DNA of 64,000 nt from a virus (Duplodnaviria; Caudoviricetes). Of this stretch, positions 9,531-19,272 are shown piece by piece. Every line of letters begins with the position of its first letter. The stretch's first letter is position 1. The notes under the pieces were generated by a model, which had not been told where the DNA came from, did no database searches, and saw only the letters and a list, made by a program, of their open reading frames with translations. Made by a program: the position numbers and the translations under genes. The stretch is from the IMG/VR virus record IMGVR_UViG_2974592265_000001, positions 1-64,000 of that record. One strand, 5' to 3'.

Positions 9531-10580
9531 ATGCCAACTGTAAGAAGTTTCAACGACTCGTCCTCGGTTGCACTGGCATACGCCATCAGCAACAAGGACA
9601 GCAAAGCGGATTTCGTCGGCGGCACACGCGTAGCGATGAAGCTGCTGCCATTCACCACCGAAGGCTTCGCCATGCAGAAGGAGACTAAAACCTCCACTGC
9701 CATTCGCGGCGACCGTCGCACCACCGGCTCGAAGAACACCAAGGGCAGCGCCAACGGCGCGGTCACCGTGGAGTTCGGGGCCAACGCGTTCATCCTCGAC
9801 CTGCTGCAGCTGGCGCTGCTTGGCACCTGGAAGGACGTCGACAACACCGACCCTCTGCAGGGCAAGTTCATCACCGACGGTGAGCTGAAGCAGTACATGG
9901 TCGTCGAGAAGACCGTGCGCCAAGGTCCGACCGCAACTGACCGCCTCGATCACGAATGGTACTTCGGCACCATCATGAACGACGTCACCCTGAACTTCGG
10001 TGACGGTGAGCTGATCACGCTGGCGTGCTCCACCATGTCGGCCAACGCTGACTACGGCAACGCACTGGCCGGTGTTGACGGGCTCGGCGGCTCGGCGGCG
10101 CTCAGCAAGGCTGTACCGCCAAACTACGAGATCGCCGACAGCTCGAACAACCTGGCCAACATCGAGATCCGCGACGAGAACGATGACCTGCTGGAAGTGA
10201 CCTGGAGCGACTTCTCGCTGCAGATCCAGAACAACGCGCGTGAGCAGTCTGGCCTCGGCCACCAGTTCGCTGCGGGTATCGGCGTGGGCAAGGTAGCAGT
10301 GACCGCCTCTGGCGAGATCTACTACTTCGACCAGACCATCCTCGACACGCACATGAACAACAAGCGCGTGAAGTTGAAGACCACCGTCTCCACGGCGGAA
10401 GGCACCTTCACCATCGAGCTGCCGAACCTGATGGCGCAGGCACCAACCAACAATGCCGAAGGCGAGAACGCTGACTACAAGTCGGCGATGACCCTGACCG
10501 CTGAAGCTGGCGTGCTGGACATCGGCACCAACCTGGCTGTCCCATGCGTACTGGCGATCACTTACGTCCCAACCCCGTGA
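9531..10580 (+). CDS. Major tail (tube) protein
   Basis: 349 aa from ATG 9531 (AAAGGAG RBS); Thr/Gly-rich; followed by terminator and chaperone. Confidence 0.8.
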   Translation: MPTVRSFNDSSSVALAYAISNKDSKADFVGGTRVAMKLLPFTTEGFAMQKETKTSTAIRGDRRTTGSKNTKGSANGAVTVEFGANAFILDLLQLALLGTWKDVDNTDPLQGKFITDGELKQYMVVEKTVRQGPTATDRLDHEWYFGTIMNDVTLNFGDGELITLACSTMSANADYGNALAGVDGLGGSAALSKAVPPNYEIADSSNNLANIEIRDENDDLLEVTWSDFSLQIQNNAREQSGLGHQFAAGIGVGKVAVTASGEIYYFDQTILDTHMNNKRVKLKTTVSTAEGTFTIELPNLMAQAPTNNAEGENADYKSAMTLTAEAGVLDIGTNLAVPCVLAITYVPTP

Positions 10581-10596
10581 TAACTCGCTAGTGACC

Positions 10597-10637
10597 GAGG
10601 GCACCACTCTTGATAGAGTGGTGCCCTCTTTGTTTTT
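10597..10637 (+). terminator. Rho-independent terminator after tail tube gene
   Basis: GAGGGCACCACTCT-TGAT-AGAGTGGTGCCCTC perfect 14-bp stem then TTTGTTTTT. Confidence 0.85.
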
Positions 10638-10661
10638 AATGACCCATCAAGGACGACCACC

Positions 10662-11081
10662 ATGCTTGATCTAGCCAAAATTGCTGTTGACCCTAAGCTC
10701 TCGCAAGAGGGTGTCTGGGCCGAGTTCTGGGGCGGCCGATTTTTGCTTGCCCGCCGTGGCCCAGCGTACCAAGCCCGCCTCGGCGAGCTGTACCTGGAAA
10801 AGAAGGACCTGATCAAGTCCGACACCAAGGAAGGCACCGAGGCGCTGATGGAGATCTACCAGCGTTCGTTCGCTGACACCGTCCTGCTCAACTGGGAAGG
10901 CGTGTCGGATGAAGGCGTGGAGATCGAATTCAGCCCAGAGGCTGCCTTCAAGGTGCTCAGCGATCCACGCCTGGCAGAGCTGACCACGTTCCTCGAACAG
11001 TTCAGCCTGAACCACAGCAACTACCGCGAAGCCGCCGAGGCCGAGGTAGCCGACAACGTAAAGAGTACTGCCGTTTCCTGA
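10662..11081 (+). CDS. Tail assembly chaperone (gpG-like)
   Basis: 139 aa between tail tube and tape measure. Confidence 0.8.
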   Translation: MLDLAKIAVDPKLSQEGVWAEFWGGRFLLARRGPAYQARLGELYLEKKDLIKSDTKEGTEALMEIYQRSFADTVLLNWEGVSDEGVEIEFSPEAAFKVLSDPRLAELTTFLEQFSLNHSNYREAAEAEVADNVKSTAVS

Positions 11082-11458
11082 TTACCTACGGGGAAAAGGG
11101 GCTCAGAGCGTTTCAGGCACTGGAAAAACGGTTCGGCAAAAAGCATCCCAAGCTGGAAACTTTTGTCGAGCCGCCAGGGCCGTTCAGGTGGCTGCCTACC
11201 GCATTTTTCAAACTGCACCGCCGCAGGCAGCTTGGCCAACACGGATACCAGCCTCTGGCCTATCAGGAAATGGCAGACTACGGGGAGCGCGTGCTGAAAT
11301 TGCACGAGTCTCAGATGCCTTTGTATTACTTGACAATGGAACAAACCGACAACGCCATACTGTATGATCACTTCAAGAAGTCCGAAGTGCCCGATGACAA
11401 GGACGCTGAGGACAAAACGAAGGGACGAAGGAAGCCCAGCGCCGGGCGAAAGGGATGA
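11060..11458 (+). CDS. Tail assembly chaperone -1 frameshift extension (gpT-like)
   Basis: -1 frame open from the end of gpG to 11458: KEYCRFLITYGEKG...WLPTAFFKLHRRRQLGQHGYQPLAYQEMADY; no own early start. Confidence 0.75.
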   Translation, partial: KEYCRFLITYGEKGLRAFQALEKRFGKKHPKLETFVEPPGPFRWLPTAFFKLHRRRQLGQHGYQPLAYQEMADYGERVLKLHESQMPLYYLTMEQTDNAILYDHFKKSEVPDDKDAEDKTKGRRKPSAGRKG

Positions 11459-11461
11459 CAA

Positions 11462-14400
11462 ATGGCTCAGTTTGACGTGGATTTTACCGGCTCCATGCGC
11501 CAGCTGGGCGAGTTCAACCTTCGCCTGAGTAACCTCGGCACGCAGCTCGACAGTATGGAGAAAGCCTTCGGCACCACCGGATCGGTGTCGAAGGAGGTCT
11601 TTACCAAAATGGCCGCCGCCGTCAAGCAGGTTACCGAGTCGGTAGCGAAGACCGGGGCGAGCACTGAAGACCTTGGCAAGAAGCTGGCAGACGCGGAAGC
11701 TCACGTCGCCTCGATGTTCCAGAAGATGGCTGCGGAGAACGCCCGCGCCACGCTCGCTGCCAAGGCCTATAACGGTGAGATGGGTGCCCTGCGCACCATG
11801 CTCAACGACACCGCGTCGAAGAACACCTACTCGAACTGGCAACAGAAGACCCTGCAGCTGACCAACAAGCTGACAGGCGAGAACGTGTTCCTGCGCGAAG
11901 CCATCGCCAAGATGAGCACCGAGGTCGGCAAGGACAACGCCAACCTCAAGGTCAACCTGCGCCACAAGCAGGACATGGCCACGGTGCAGCAACGGCTGCG
12001 CAACAGCGGCGACGGCCTGGTACTGACGCTGGCCAGCCTGACCGGCGAACAAGGCCGCTCCAACGTGATGACGCAGGCGCACATCGCTGCGCGCAAGTCG
12101 CAGATCACCGAAGAGTTCCGCCTGGACGCACAGCTGAAGACGCTGCAGCGCACGCTGGCCAGCCTGAACGGTGGGCAGCAGGAGCAGATCGCCAAGATCC
12201 AGCAGCTGATCGCGGCACGTAAAGCCGAGATCACCGAGACCTTGCGTGAGGACACTCAGCTCAAGCAGCTGACCCGCACGCTGAAGAGCCTTGAAGGCGG
12301 TCGTCAGGAAGAAATCCAGACGGTGCGGGCGCAGATCGCCGCGCGCAAGAAAGCCATCACCGAGTCCATCACCGAGAAGAAGGTCGTCGACGAGTTGTCG
12401 GCTGCCATCAAGCGAGAAGAGAACCAACTGACCCGCCTGCAGGTGCAGGCGTCGATGATGTCCAGCTCACACGGGCAGCGGATCACCCAACTCAAGCAGC
12501 AGATCGTCGAGCAGGAGCGGCTGAACCGAGTCCTGTCCATGACCACTGCCGAGCTGCTGGGCTTCACCGGTGCCCAGACCCGCGCCAACCTCGCGATGAC
12601 TGCAGGCTCCCAGTCGGCGGCGATGATGCGTGCCGGCCTGCAGGGCATGCAGACCAGCATCGGCATGTACACCAGCAGCACGATCCTCGCGGCCACAGCC
12701 ACCTACGCCATCGCCGCTGCACTGCGTAGCGCTGTCGTCACCGGCGCCGAGTTCAGCGCCACCATGTCCCGTACCGACGCGATCATGTCGACGTCGAACG
12801 CTTCGTGGATGCAGGACTCCGGCAAGAGCTTCAAGGCCATGGAAGCCCAGGTGCGGGCGCTGGGCCAAAGCACGATCTTCACCGCCTCGGAAGTGGCGGC
12901 CGGTCTCTCCGAACTGGGCATGGCTGGCCTGTCGGCCGGTGACGCAATCGTCGCCCTGAAGCCGGCGCTGGCCCTGGCCAACATCGCCAACGTCAGCATG
13001 GCCCGCTCGGCGGACATCGCCACCAACGTCATGATGACCTTCGGCATGAGTGCTAAGGACCTCGGCAACGTCGTCGACATCATGGCCACCGCGGTCAACA
13101 ACTCCAACACCGACATCGAGCAGCTGGCCAACTCGCTTAGCTACGCCGGCCCTGCTGCGCAGACGGCGGGTATCTCGTTCAAGGACACCACCGCTGCCAT
13201 CGAAGCCTTGGCCAACTCCGGCATCAAAGGTTCTCGCTCTGGCTCGGCGCTGCGCCGCTTGTTCGTCAGCCTGCTGAACCCGACCAAGAAAGGTTCCGAG
13301 GTCATCCGCAAGTACGGCCTCGACATCCTCGACGCCGAGGGCAACACCCGAGGTCTGGTAGACATCGTCGGCCAGCTGAACACCAAGCTCAAAGACCTGC
13401 CCGGCGGCGAACGCTTGGCAGCGATCCAGAACTTGGTGGGCGTGTACGCCACGTCCCCGGTGGCAGCGTTGGTCGACCAGTCCGACAACCTGGCGCGGTT
13501 CCGGCGCCAGCTGGACGACACCGCAGGCGCTGCGGAGAAGATGGAGAAGAAGATCTCCGACAACCTCAAGTTCGACTGGAAGTCGGTGGTCTCCAGCTTC
13601 GAAGAGGTCCAGCTGCAGGCGTTCGACGCGGTAGAGATGCGGCTGCGGGAAGCCTCCGCAGCGATGTCCAAGTACCTCATCGAGCTGACGCACCCGGTGC
13701 GCCGACCAGGTGAGTCCTACGAGGACACCCTGAAGCGCCAGAAGGACGCGGTGGACGCGCTGGCTGAGGCTCAACGCAACCTGCAGAAGGCCAAGGAGTC
13801 CGGCGCCAGCGTCGGCACCGTCGCCGGGCTGCAAGGCGTCGTCAACGCGCAGAACCTGACGGTCAACGAAGGCAGCATCACCAGCCTCGACCGTATCCTG
13901 CAGCGGGCTGAGACCGCCGCTGAAGCGATCGGCAAGATGGTCGCGGGGATCCTGCTGTTCAAACTGGCCTCGGGCAACGTGGCCGGCGCCTTCGCCGAGG
14001 ACGCCAAACGCCTGGCAGAACGGATGTCGGTGGTCGGCAAGCGCACGGCCGAGACTGCTGCGGCCATGCGCACTGTGGCCCCAAGCGCATTGCATGCCTC
14101 CAACGCCATGGTCCTGCAGAACCGTGCGGCGACCGCCGCTGCCATGGGCATGAACTCCCTTGCCGTCACCACCAGCGCCGCCGCCGCCGCGTTGTCCAGG
14201 TTCGCCGCCGTCGCCGCGGGGGCCATGCGCTTCCTCGGCTGGGCCGGACTGATCTGGGGTATCGGCTCGGCGATCGCCTCGGTGTGGAACAGCGACACCG
14301 ACAAGGACATTCTGGCGCAGAAGGACAGCCTAGACGGCGTCAAGGACAGCTACGACGCCCTCAAGGGTTCTGTCGAAGCCTACGCCCTGGCCAAGACGCG

Positions 14401-16831
14401 CGCTGCACTGAACATGCAGGTCGAGGCTGACCAGGAGTCGCTGGCCAAGGTCGTCGAACGCCAGAAGAAAATGGAGGAGGCGCTGCAGGCCTCCAAGTCG
14501 GCAGGCCTGCCGAGCAAGAGCATTGAGGACGAAATCGCCAGCCTCGCGCGTATGTACGATGATTACGCGCGCAAGATCACCAACGCCCGTGGTGAGCTGG
14601 ACAAGATGGGCACCACGCAGGTCGACGTGGCCCGCGCTGTGGATGTACAGACCGCCGCCAACGCCGCCGCCATCAAGAAGGCCGAGGAGCTGGCCGCTGC
14701 ACAGAAGAAGGTTCTGGAGAACTCCCGCTCCGGCCTCAACGACCTTAAGGGTGAGAGCTTCGTTGCCAAGCTGACCCGTGAGCTGAAGGAAGCCCGTGAC
14801 GCCGCACAGGAAGCCTCCAAGAGCGTGCTGGACGTCAAGGCACGCCTGGTAGATCTGCGTGAAGCCGAGGCGATGGCTGACGAGACTCGGGTTACTGCCG
14901 GCGCCGAAACAGCATACGCCGAAGGCCTGAGCAACGCCGGCAAGCTGATGGTGGCCGAGCAGAACCTGATCGAAAAGCGCAAGGAGATGGCTGAGCTCAT
15001 CACGCGCAACGAGGAGGCCAACAAGAAGTACACCATCGCCGTGCAACTGGGGGATGCTGCCGCACAGCGCGCCGCTGACCAAGCCCGCCCGGGCCAGGGG
15101 GTGTACCGCGAACTGGCCGCTGCACTGGATGAAGCCGCCGCCTCGTTCTACAAGCTGCGCGCTGCATCCACGGCCGGGATTGACCTGAGTTCGGCGCAGG
15201 AGGCGCTGGCTGACTTCTACCGCACCGACGAAGAACGCCTGACCAAGATGCGTGGTGACCTGCAGCGCAACCTCGGCGGCAAGGACACCATGACCTACCC
15301 AACCAAAGAGTTGGAGCAGGAGAGTGAGACCGCCCGCCTCAAGGAGGAACTGAAACTTCGTCAGGGCATCAAGTCGATTGAAACCAGCCTGGCTGCCCAG
15401 GCTAAGCGGGACAACAAGCCGCACCGCACCCGCAAGGAAGGCAAGACCGACCTTGAGAAGGAACTGGAAGCAGCGCAGAAGGCCTTCGACCAGCTGCAGA
15501 AGAAATCTGACCCGCTGTCAGCCTCGCTGGACAACCTGGCCGAGAAGACCAAGCAGCTCGACCTGCTGGTGGCGCACGGCAATATCACCGCCGATGACCG
15601 CTACAAGGCGCTGGTGCAGCTGCGTACCGCCCACCATGCAGTGACCCTCGAACAGGACAAGAACTACCAGTCGGCGAAGAAGCTGGAAGAGACCTACGGC
15701 ACCTCGCCGTTCACCTCGACCATCACCGACCTCGCGGAAATGAAGCGCCTGCTGGACGCCGGCACCATCTCGCTGGGCCGCTACACGCAGATGACCCAGA
15801 ACTACGCGGTCGAGCACAAGAAGAAGATTCTGGAAGGCCTGCCGACCACGGCCGACCTCAACGTGCAAAGCGGCAGCTCGGGGCTGAACCCGTTCGGCGA
15901 AGCGCTGAACACCATCAGCGAAGTCGATCAAGGCCGCACGGCGTACTCGCAGCGTGGCAAAGACCTGCGCATCGGTTTCGATACCGCGCTGCTAAATCAG
16001 GACGACGGCCTGCGCCGCCAGATCGAAGCACAGATCGCCAAAGAGGAGTCCGCCAAAGAACACGAAGCGGCGATGACGGAGATCGTGCAGAAGGACCTCA
16101 AGGAGCGTCTGGAACTGCAGGACTCCTACAAGCGGGACAGCGACACCCTGGCCAGCGCACAGGCTGAGTACGCCAAGCAGTCTGGCCTGATGATCGCCGG
16201 TTCCATGGCCGGCAGCCTGAGCGAGATCTTCGGGCAGTTCGCTGCAGTGGGTGATGACTCAACCGCCGCGCAGAAGGCAGCGTTTGTGGCGCAGAAGGCG
16301 CTGGCGGTTGCGCAGATCCTGCTGTACACCGAGGTCGCGGCTATGCGGGCCAACGCCGAACTGCCGGTGTTTATGGGCATGACCATGTCCACGCTGATCC
16401 GCGCTCAGGGCTACGCCTCGGCAGGCCTGGTAGCCGGTCTGGCAGTGGCATCCCTGGCAACCGGTTCGTCGAGTGGCAGCGGGGGTGGCGGCGCCACCAT
16501 GTACGACACCGGCGGCTACATCCCGTACAACCGCACCGGCATCGTCGGTGAGTACGGCCCAGAGCTGGTCAGCGGCCCGACCCACGTCACAGGCCGAGGC
16601 AACAGCGCTGCCAAACTCAATAGAGACAGTGGTGGCGGCGGTGACATGAACATCACACTGGCGCCGGTGTTCCAGATGTCTGGCGGCACCAGCGAGGAAG
16701 GGGGCAGCTCGAAGGACCCGAACTTCCTGTCCAAGATGTTTGGCACGCTGTTCATGAAATACATCAACGACGCGCTGCGAACTGGCGGCATACTGGACAC
16801 CTGGTACAGAAACAAGAAGAGCGGAGGCTAG
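11462..16831 (+). CDS. Tail tape measure protein
   Basis: 1789 aa Ala-rich helical; TP901-type core (LGQSTIFTASEVA...NTDIEQLANSLSYAGPAA); lambda-like C-terminal YDTGGY...GEYGPE. Confidence 0.92.
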   Translation: MAQFDVDFTGSMRQLGEFNLRLSNLGTQLDSMEKAFGTTGSVSKEVFTKMAAAVKQVTESVAKTGASTEDLGKKLADAEAHVASMFQKMAAENARATLAAKAYNGEMGALRTMLNDTASKNTYSNWQQKTLQLTNKLTGENVFLREAIAKMSTEVGKDNANLKVNLRHKQDMATVQQRLRNSGDGLVLTLASLTGEQGRSNVMTQAHIAARKSQITEEFRLDAQLKTLQRTLASLNGGQQEQIAKIQQLIAARKAEITETLREDTQLKQLTRTLKSLEGGRQEEIQTVRAQIAARKKAITESITEKKVVDELSAAIKREENQLTRLQVQASMMSSSHGQRITQLKQQIVEQERLNRVLSMTTAELLGFTGAQTRANLAMTAGSQSAAMMRAGLQGMQTSIGMYTSSTILAATATYAIAAALRSAVVTGAEFSATMSRTDAIMSTSNASWMQDSGKSFKAMEAQVRALGQSTIFTASEVAAGLSELGMAGLSAGDAIVALKPALALANIANVSMARSADIATNVMMTFGMSAKDLGNVVDIMATAVNNSNTDIEQLANSLSYAGPAAQTAGISFKDTTAAIEALANSGIKGSRSGSALRRLFVSLLNPTKKGSEVIRKYGLDILDAEGNTRGLVDIVGQLNTKLKDLPGGERLAAIQNLVGVYATSPVAALVDQSDNLARFRRQLDDTAGAAEKMEKKISDNLKFDWKSVVSSFEEVQLQAFDAVEMRLREASAAMSKYLIELTHPVRRPGESYEDTLKRQKDAVDALAEAQRNLQKAKESGASVGTVAGLQGVVNAQNLTVNEGSITSLDRILQRAETAAEAIGKMVAGILLFKLASGNVAGAFAEDAKRLAERMSVVGKRTAETAAAMRTVAPSALHASNAMVLQNRAATAAAMGMNSLAVTTSAAAAALSRFAAVAAGAMRFLGWAGLIWGIGSAIASVWNSDTDKDILAQKDSLDGVKDSYDALKGSVEAYALAKTRAALNMQVEADQESLAKVVERQKKMEEALQASKSAGLPSKSIEDEIASLARMYDDYARKITNARGELDKMGTTQVDVARAVDVQTAANAAAIKKAEELAAAQKKVLENSRSGLNDLKGESFVAKLTRELKEARDAAQEASKSVLDVKARLVDLREAEAMADETRVTAGAETAYAEGLSNAGKLMVAEQNLIEKRKEMAELITRNEEANKKYTIAVQLGDAAAQRAADQARPGQGVYRELAAALDEAAASFYKLRAASTAGIDLSSAQEALADFYRTDEERLTKMRGDLQRNLGGKDTMTYPTKELEQESETARLKEELKLRQGIKSIETSLAAQAKRDNKPHRTRKEGKTDLEKELEAAQKAFDQLQKKSDPLSASLDNLAEKTKQLDLLVAHGNITADDRYKALVQLRTAHHAVTLEQDKNYQSAKKLEETYGTSPFTSTITDLAEMKRLLDAGTISLGRYTQMTQNYAVEHKKKILEGLPTTADLNVQSGSSGLNPFGEALNTISEVDQGRTAYSQRGKDLRIGFDTALLNQDDGLRRQIEAQIAKEESAKEHEAAMTEIVQKDLKERLELQDSYKRDSDTLASAQAEYAKQSGLMIAGSMAGSLSEIFGQFAAVGDDSTAAQKAAFVAQKALAVAQILLYTEVAAMRANAELPVFMGMTMSTLIRAQGYASAGLVAGLAVASLATGSSSGSGGGGATMYDTGGYIPYNRTGIVGEYGPELVSGPTHVTGRGNSAAKLNRDSGGGGDMNITLAPVFQMSGGTSEEGGSSKDPNFLSKMFGTLFMKYINDALRTGGILDTWYRNKKSGG

Positions 16832-16832
16832 G

Positions 16833-17201
16833 ATGCCGGCTGTAATATTTCCCCTTGCAGAGTGGGACGACATGGGGGCTCCGGACTGGGGCCTTTCCGA
16901 CGGCGCACAGGTCAACGTCGAGGAGTCCAAGCTGGGCGACGGGTACGTCTTCCGCCAAGCCAAGGGCCTCAACCACAAACGCAGTGGCTGGTCGCCGAGC
17001 TGGACAAACCTCGACCCGGTACTGGCTCAGGTGGTTTACGACTGGCTTGATGCCAGGCGTAAGCTGGTCCCGGTGCGCTGGTTGCACCCGGTGCGGAATG
17101 TGTACTTTCAGGTGACGGTCGAAGACGTCACGCTCACATGGGACGTATGGAACAACGCCACACTGTCCATCACGTTCGAGCAGGACTTCAACCCGGTTTA
17201 A
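16833..17201 (+). CDS. Distal tail protein (lambda gpM-like)
   Basis: 122 aa; LGDGYVFRQAKGLN motif; C-terminal TFEQDF; after TMP. Confidence 0.8.
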   Translation: MPAVIFPLAEWDDMGAPDWGLSDGAQVNVEESKLGDGYVFRQAKGLNHKRSGWSPSWTNLDPVLAQVVYDWLDARRKLVPVRWLHPVRNVYFQVTVEDVTLTWDVWNNATLSITFEQDFNPV

Positions 17202-17209
17202 GGACGACC

Positions 17210-17935
17210 ATGACCAACATCATCGCAACGGATGCGCAGAACCTCAGCCAGCGAGGCGTGGTCGAGCTGTTCATCATCGACGCCACCAAGGTCGGCCAGG
17301 GCATGCTGCGGTTCACCTCGGCCGTGCATGACCCGGACACCCAGCTGCCACTGGAGCTGGTGATGTTCGACGGCCATGAGTACCGCCAGCTGCCGATCGC
17401 TGCCGAAGGCTTCGAATGGAACGGCACCGGTACAGCGCCGCGGCCGACCCTGACCTTCACCGCACTGGACTTGATCCTGCTGCAGGAGATGGTCAACGCC
17501 AACGACCTGGTGGGCTGCCCGGTGCAGCGCATCAAGACCTTGCGCAAGTACCTCGACGACGGCAGCAACCCCAACCCCGAGGCGCACTACCCGATTGACT
17601 ACTACGAGATCGAACGCAAGAACAAGCAGCTGCGCCAGACGTTGATCTACGACCTGTCGAACAAGCTCGACCAGCAGGGCAAGATGATTCCGGCCAGGCA
17701 GGTGATCCGCGATACCTGCCAGCACCGCTATCGCTATTACTCCGCTGGCCAGTTCCGGTACGACGGGGTCACCTGCCCGTATGCAGGGTCCAATTACTTC
17801 CTGCAATCTGGTGAAGTGACAGGCGATCCGAGCAAGGATCAGTGCGGGAAAAGGATCTCCGACTGCAGCCTTCGCTTTGGGGAAGATGCAACGCTACCAA
17901 TGTTTGCTTTCCCGGGCGTGGGACGAATATCATGA
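17210..17935 (+). CDS. Minor tail protein L
   Basis: VELFIIDAT...PRPTLT, C-terminal 4 Cys (C..C...DQCGKRISDC..RFG, FPG); AAGGA RBS before ATG 17210. Confidence 0.88.
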   Translation: MTNIIATDAQNLSQRGVVELFIIDATKVGQGMLRFTSAVHDPDTQLPLELVMFDGHEYRQLPIAAEGFEWNGTGTAPRPTLTFTALDLILLQEMVNANDLVGCPVQRIKTLRKYLDDGSNPNPEAHYPIDYYEIERKNKQLRQTLIYDLSNKLDQQGKMIPARQVIRDTCQHRYRYYSAGQFRYDGVTCPYAGSNYFLQSGEVTGDPSKDQCGKRISDCSLRFGEDATLPMFAFPGVGRIS

Positions 17936-17956
17936 TGCCACTCAAGGAGTGTCAGC

Positions 17957-18694
17957 ATGCTGCAGCTTTACACGGAATTTACGGAGCAGATCCGGGCGCA
18001 GGCTATCGCGGCGTTCCCTAATGAAACGGCCTGGGTCATCACCCAGGCCGGTTGCCGTCAGGTCGACAACGTCGCCGACGACCCTGCCAACTACTTCGAC
18101 ATCGCCCCTGCTGACGTCATCAAGGCACAAGCCGAAGGCCTGCTGGCCATCGTCCACAGCCACGTCAACGGCAAACACTACCCTTCCGAAATGGACATGC
18201 GCTACCAGGTGGCGACCAATGTCCCGTGGGGCTTGCTGACCACCGACGGTGTCGGCGCGTCCAAGCTGTGCTGGTGGGGTGGCAACACCGCTGAACAAAC
18301 CGACGACCTTGAGCACCGCCCCTTCCGCCACGGCGCCTCGGATTGCTACGCCTTGGTCCGCGACTTCTACCGGGTCAAGCTGGGGATCCAGCTGCCGGAC
18401 ATCCCGCGCGAATGGCGCTGGTGGGAAACCCAGAATCTCCTCGAGGAAAGCATCGCCAAGTGCGGCTTCAGCGTGGTCAAGGGTGATCCTCGCCCGCACG
18501 ATGTCTGGCTGGCCAGCTTCAGCAGTCGCAACAACACGCTGAACCACTGTGGCGTGCTGATCGACAACGACCTCACCCATCACCACCCCGGCGCCAACGA
18601 CCCGGTCAGCGAGATGAAGAAGGCAGCTGTGATGCCGATCTATCGCTACCTGCCCTACATCCGCATGTGGGTTCGTCATAAGGACATGCAATGA
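17957..18694 (+). CDS. Tail tip assembly protein K (JAB + NlpC/P60)
   Basis: HSH...SEMD JAB motif; DCYALVRDFY...NHCG NlpC/P60 motif. Confidence 0.88.
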   Translation: MLQLYTEFTEQIRAQAIAAFPNETAWVITQAGCRQVDNVADDPANYFDIAPADVIKAQAEGLLAIVHSHVNGKHYPSEMDMRYQVATNVPWGLLTTDGVGASKLCWWGGNTAEQTDDLEHRPFRHGASDCYALVRDFYRVKLGIQLPDIPREWRWWETQNLLEESIAKCGFSVVKGDPRPHDVWLASFSSRNNTLNHCGVLIDNDLTHHHPGANDPVSEMKKAAVMPIYRYLPYIRMWVRHKDMQ

Positions 18695-19272
18695 AGACTT
18701 TCTATCTCCATGGCTGGGCCGCTGAGCGGTACGGGGCCAGCTTTGAGCTGGACGTAGGTTCGCCCGCCGAAGCTATCAAGGCACTGGCCAGCCAGCTGCC
18801 TGGCTTCCAGAAGATGATCGAGGAGCATGACTGGCACGTCGTCCGGGGTCCGCTGGATCAGCAGCAATCCGACGACGTCGAGTCCGTGCGCCTGCGTCTG
18901 GGTTCGGAGACCGAGATCCACCTGCTGCCGGCCATGGCTGGTGCAGGCGGTGGCGGCGGGTTTATGGGTGGGCTGATGACTGTGGTCGGCGTGGCCCTGA
19001 TGATCGCTGCGACGTTCTTCTCCGGTGGTACAGCCGGCGCCCTGTTCGGCGCCGGTCTCGGCATGACCGTCGGCGGTGTGATCAGCCTGACCACCAAGAT
19101 GCCAGGCGCTGACCCGGTGACCGAGTCCGCGGACAACCGCGCCTCGTTCCTGTTTGCTGGACCCAAGAACTCATCCACCCAGGGGGTGGCTATTCCGCGT
19201 GGTTACGGGCGCCAGAGAGTTGGCAGCATTGTGATTAGTGTCGGCCTTTACGCTGAGGAGACTGCCACTTGA
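18691..19272 (+). CDS. Tail assembly protein I
   Basis: Ubiquitin-like N-terminus, Gly-rich hydrophobic middle, QGVAIPRGYG..VGS C-terminus. Confidence 0.88.
   Translation: MKTFYLHGWAAERYGASFELDVGSPAEAIKALASQLPGFQKMIEEHDWHVVRGPLDQQQSDDVESVRLRLGSETEIHLLPAMAGAGGGGGFMGGLMTVVGVALMIAATFFSGGTAGALFGAGLGMTVGGVISLTTKMPGADPVTESADNRASFLFAGPKNSSTQGVAIPRGYGRQRVGSIVISVGLYAEETAT

Noticed and set aside
11090-11101. GGGGAAAAGGGG as the tail chaperone slippery site
   Set aside because: Lies downstream of the gpG stop (11081), so ribosomes in frame 0 cannot reach it
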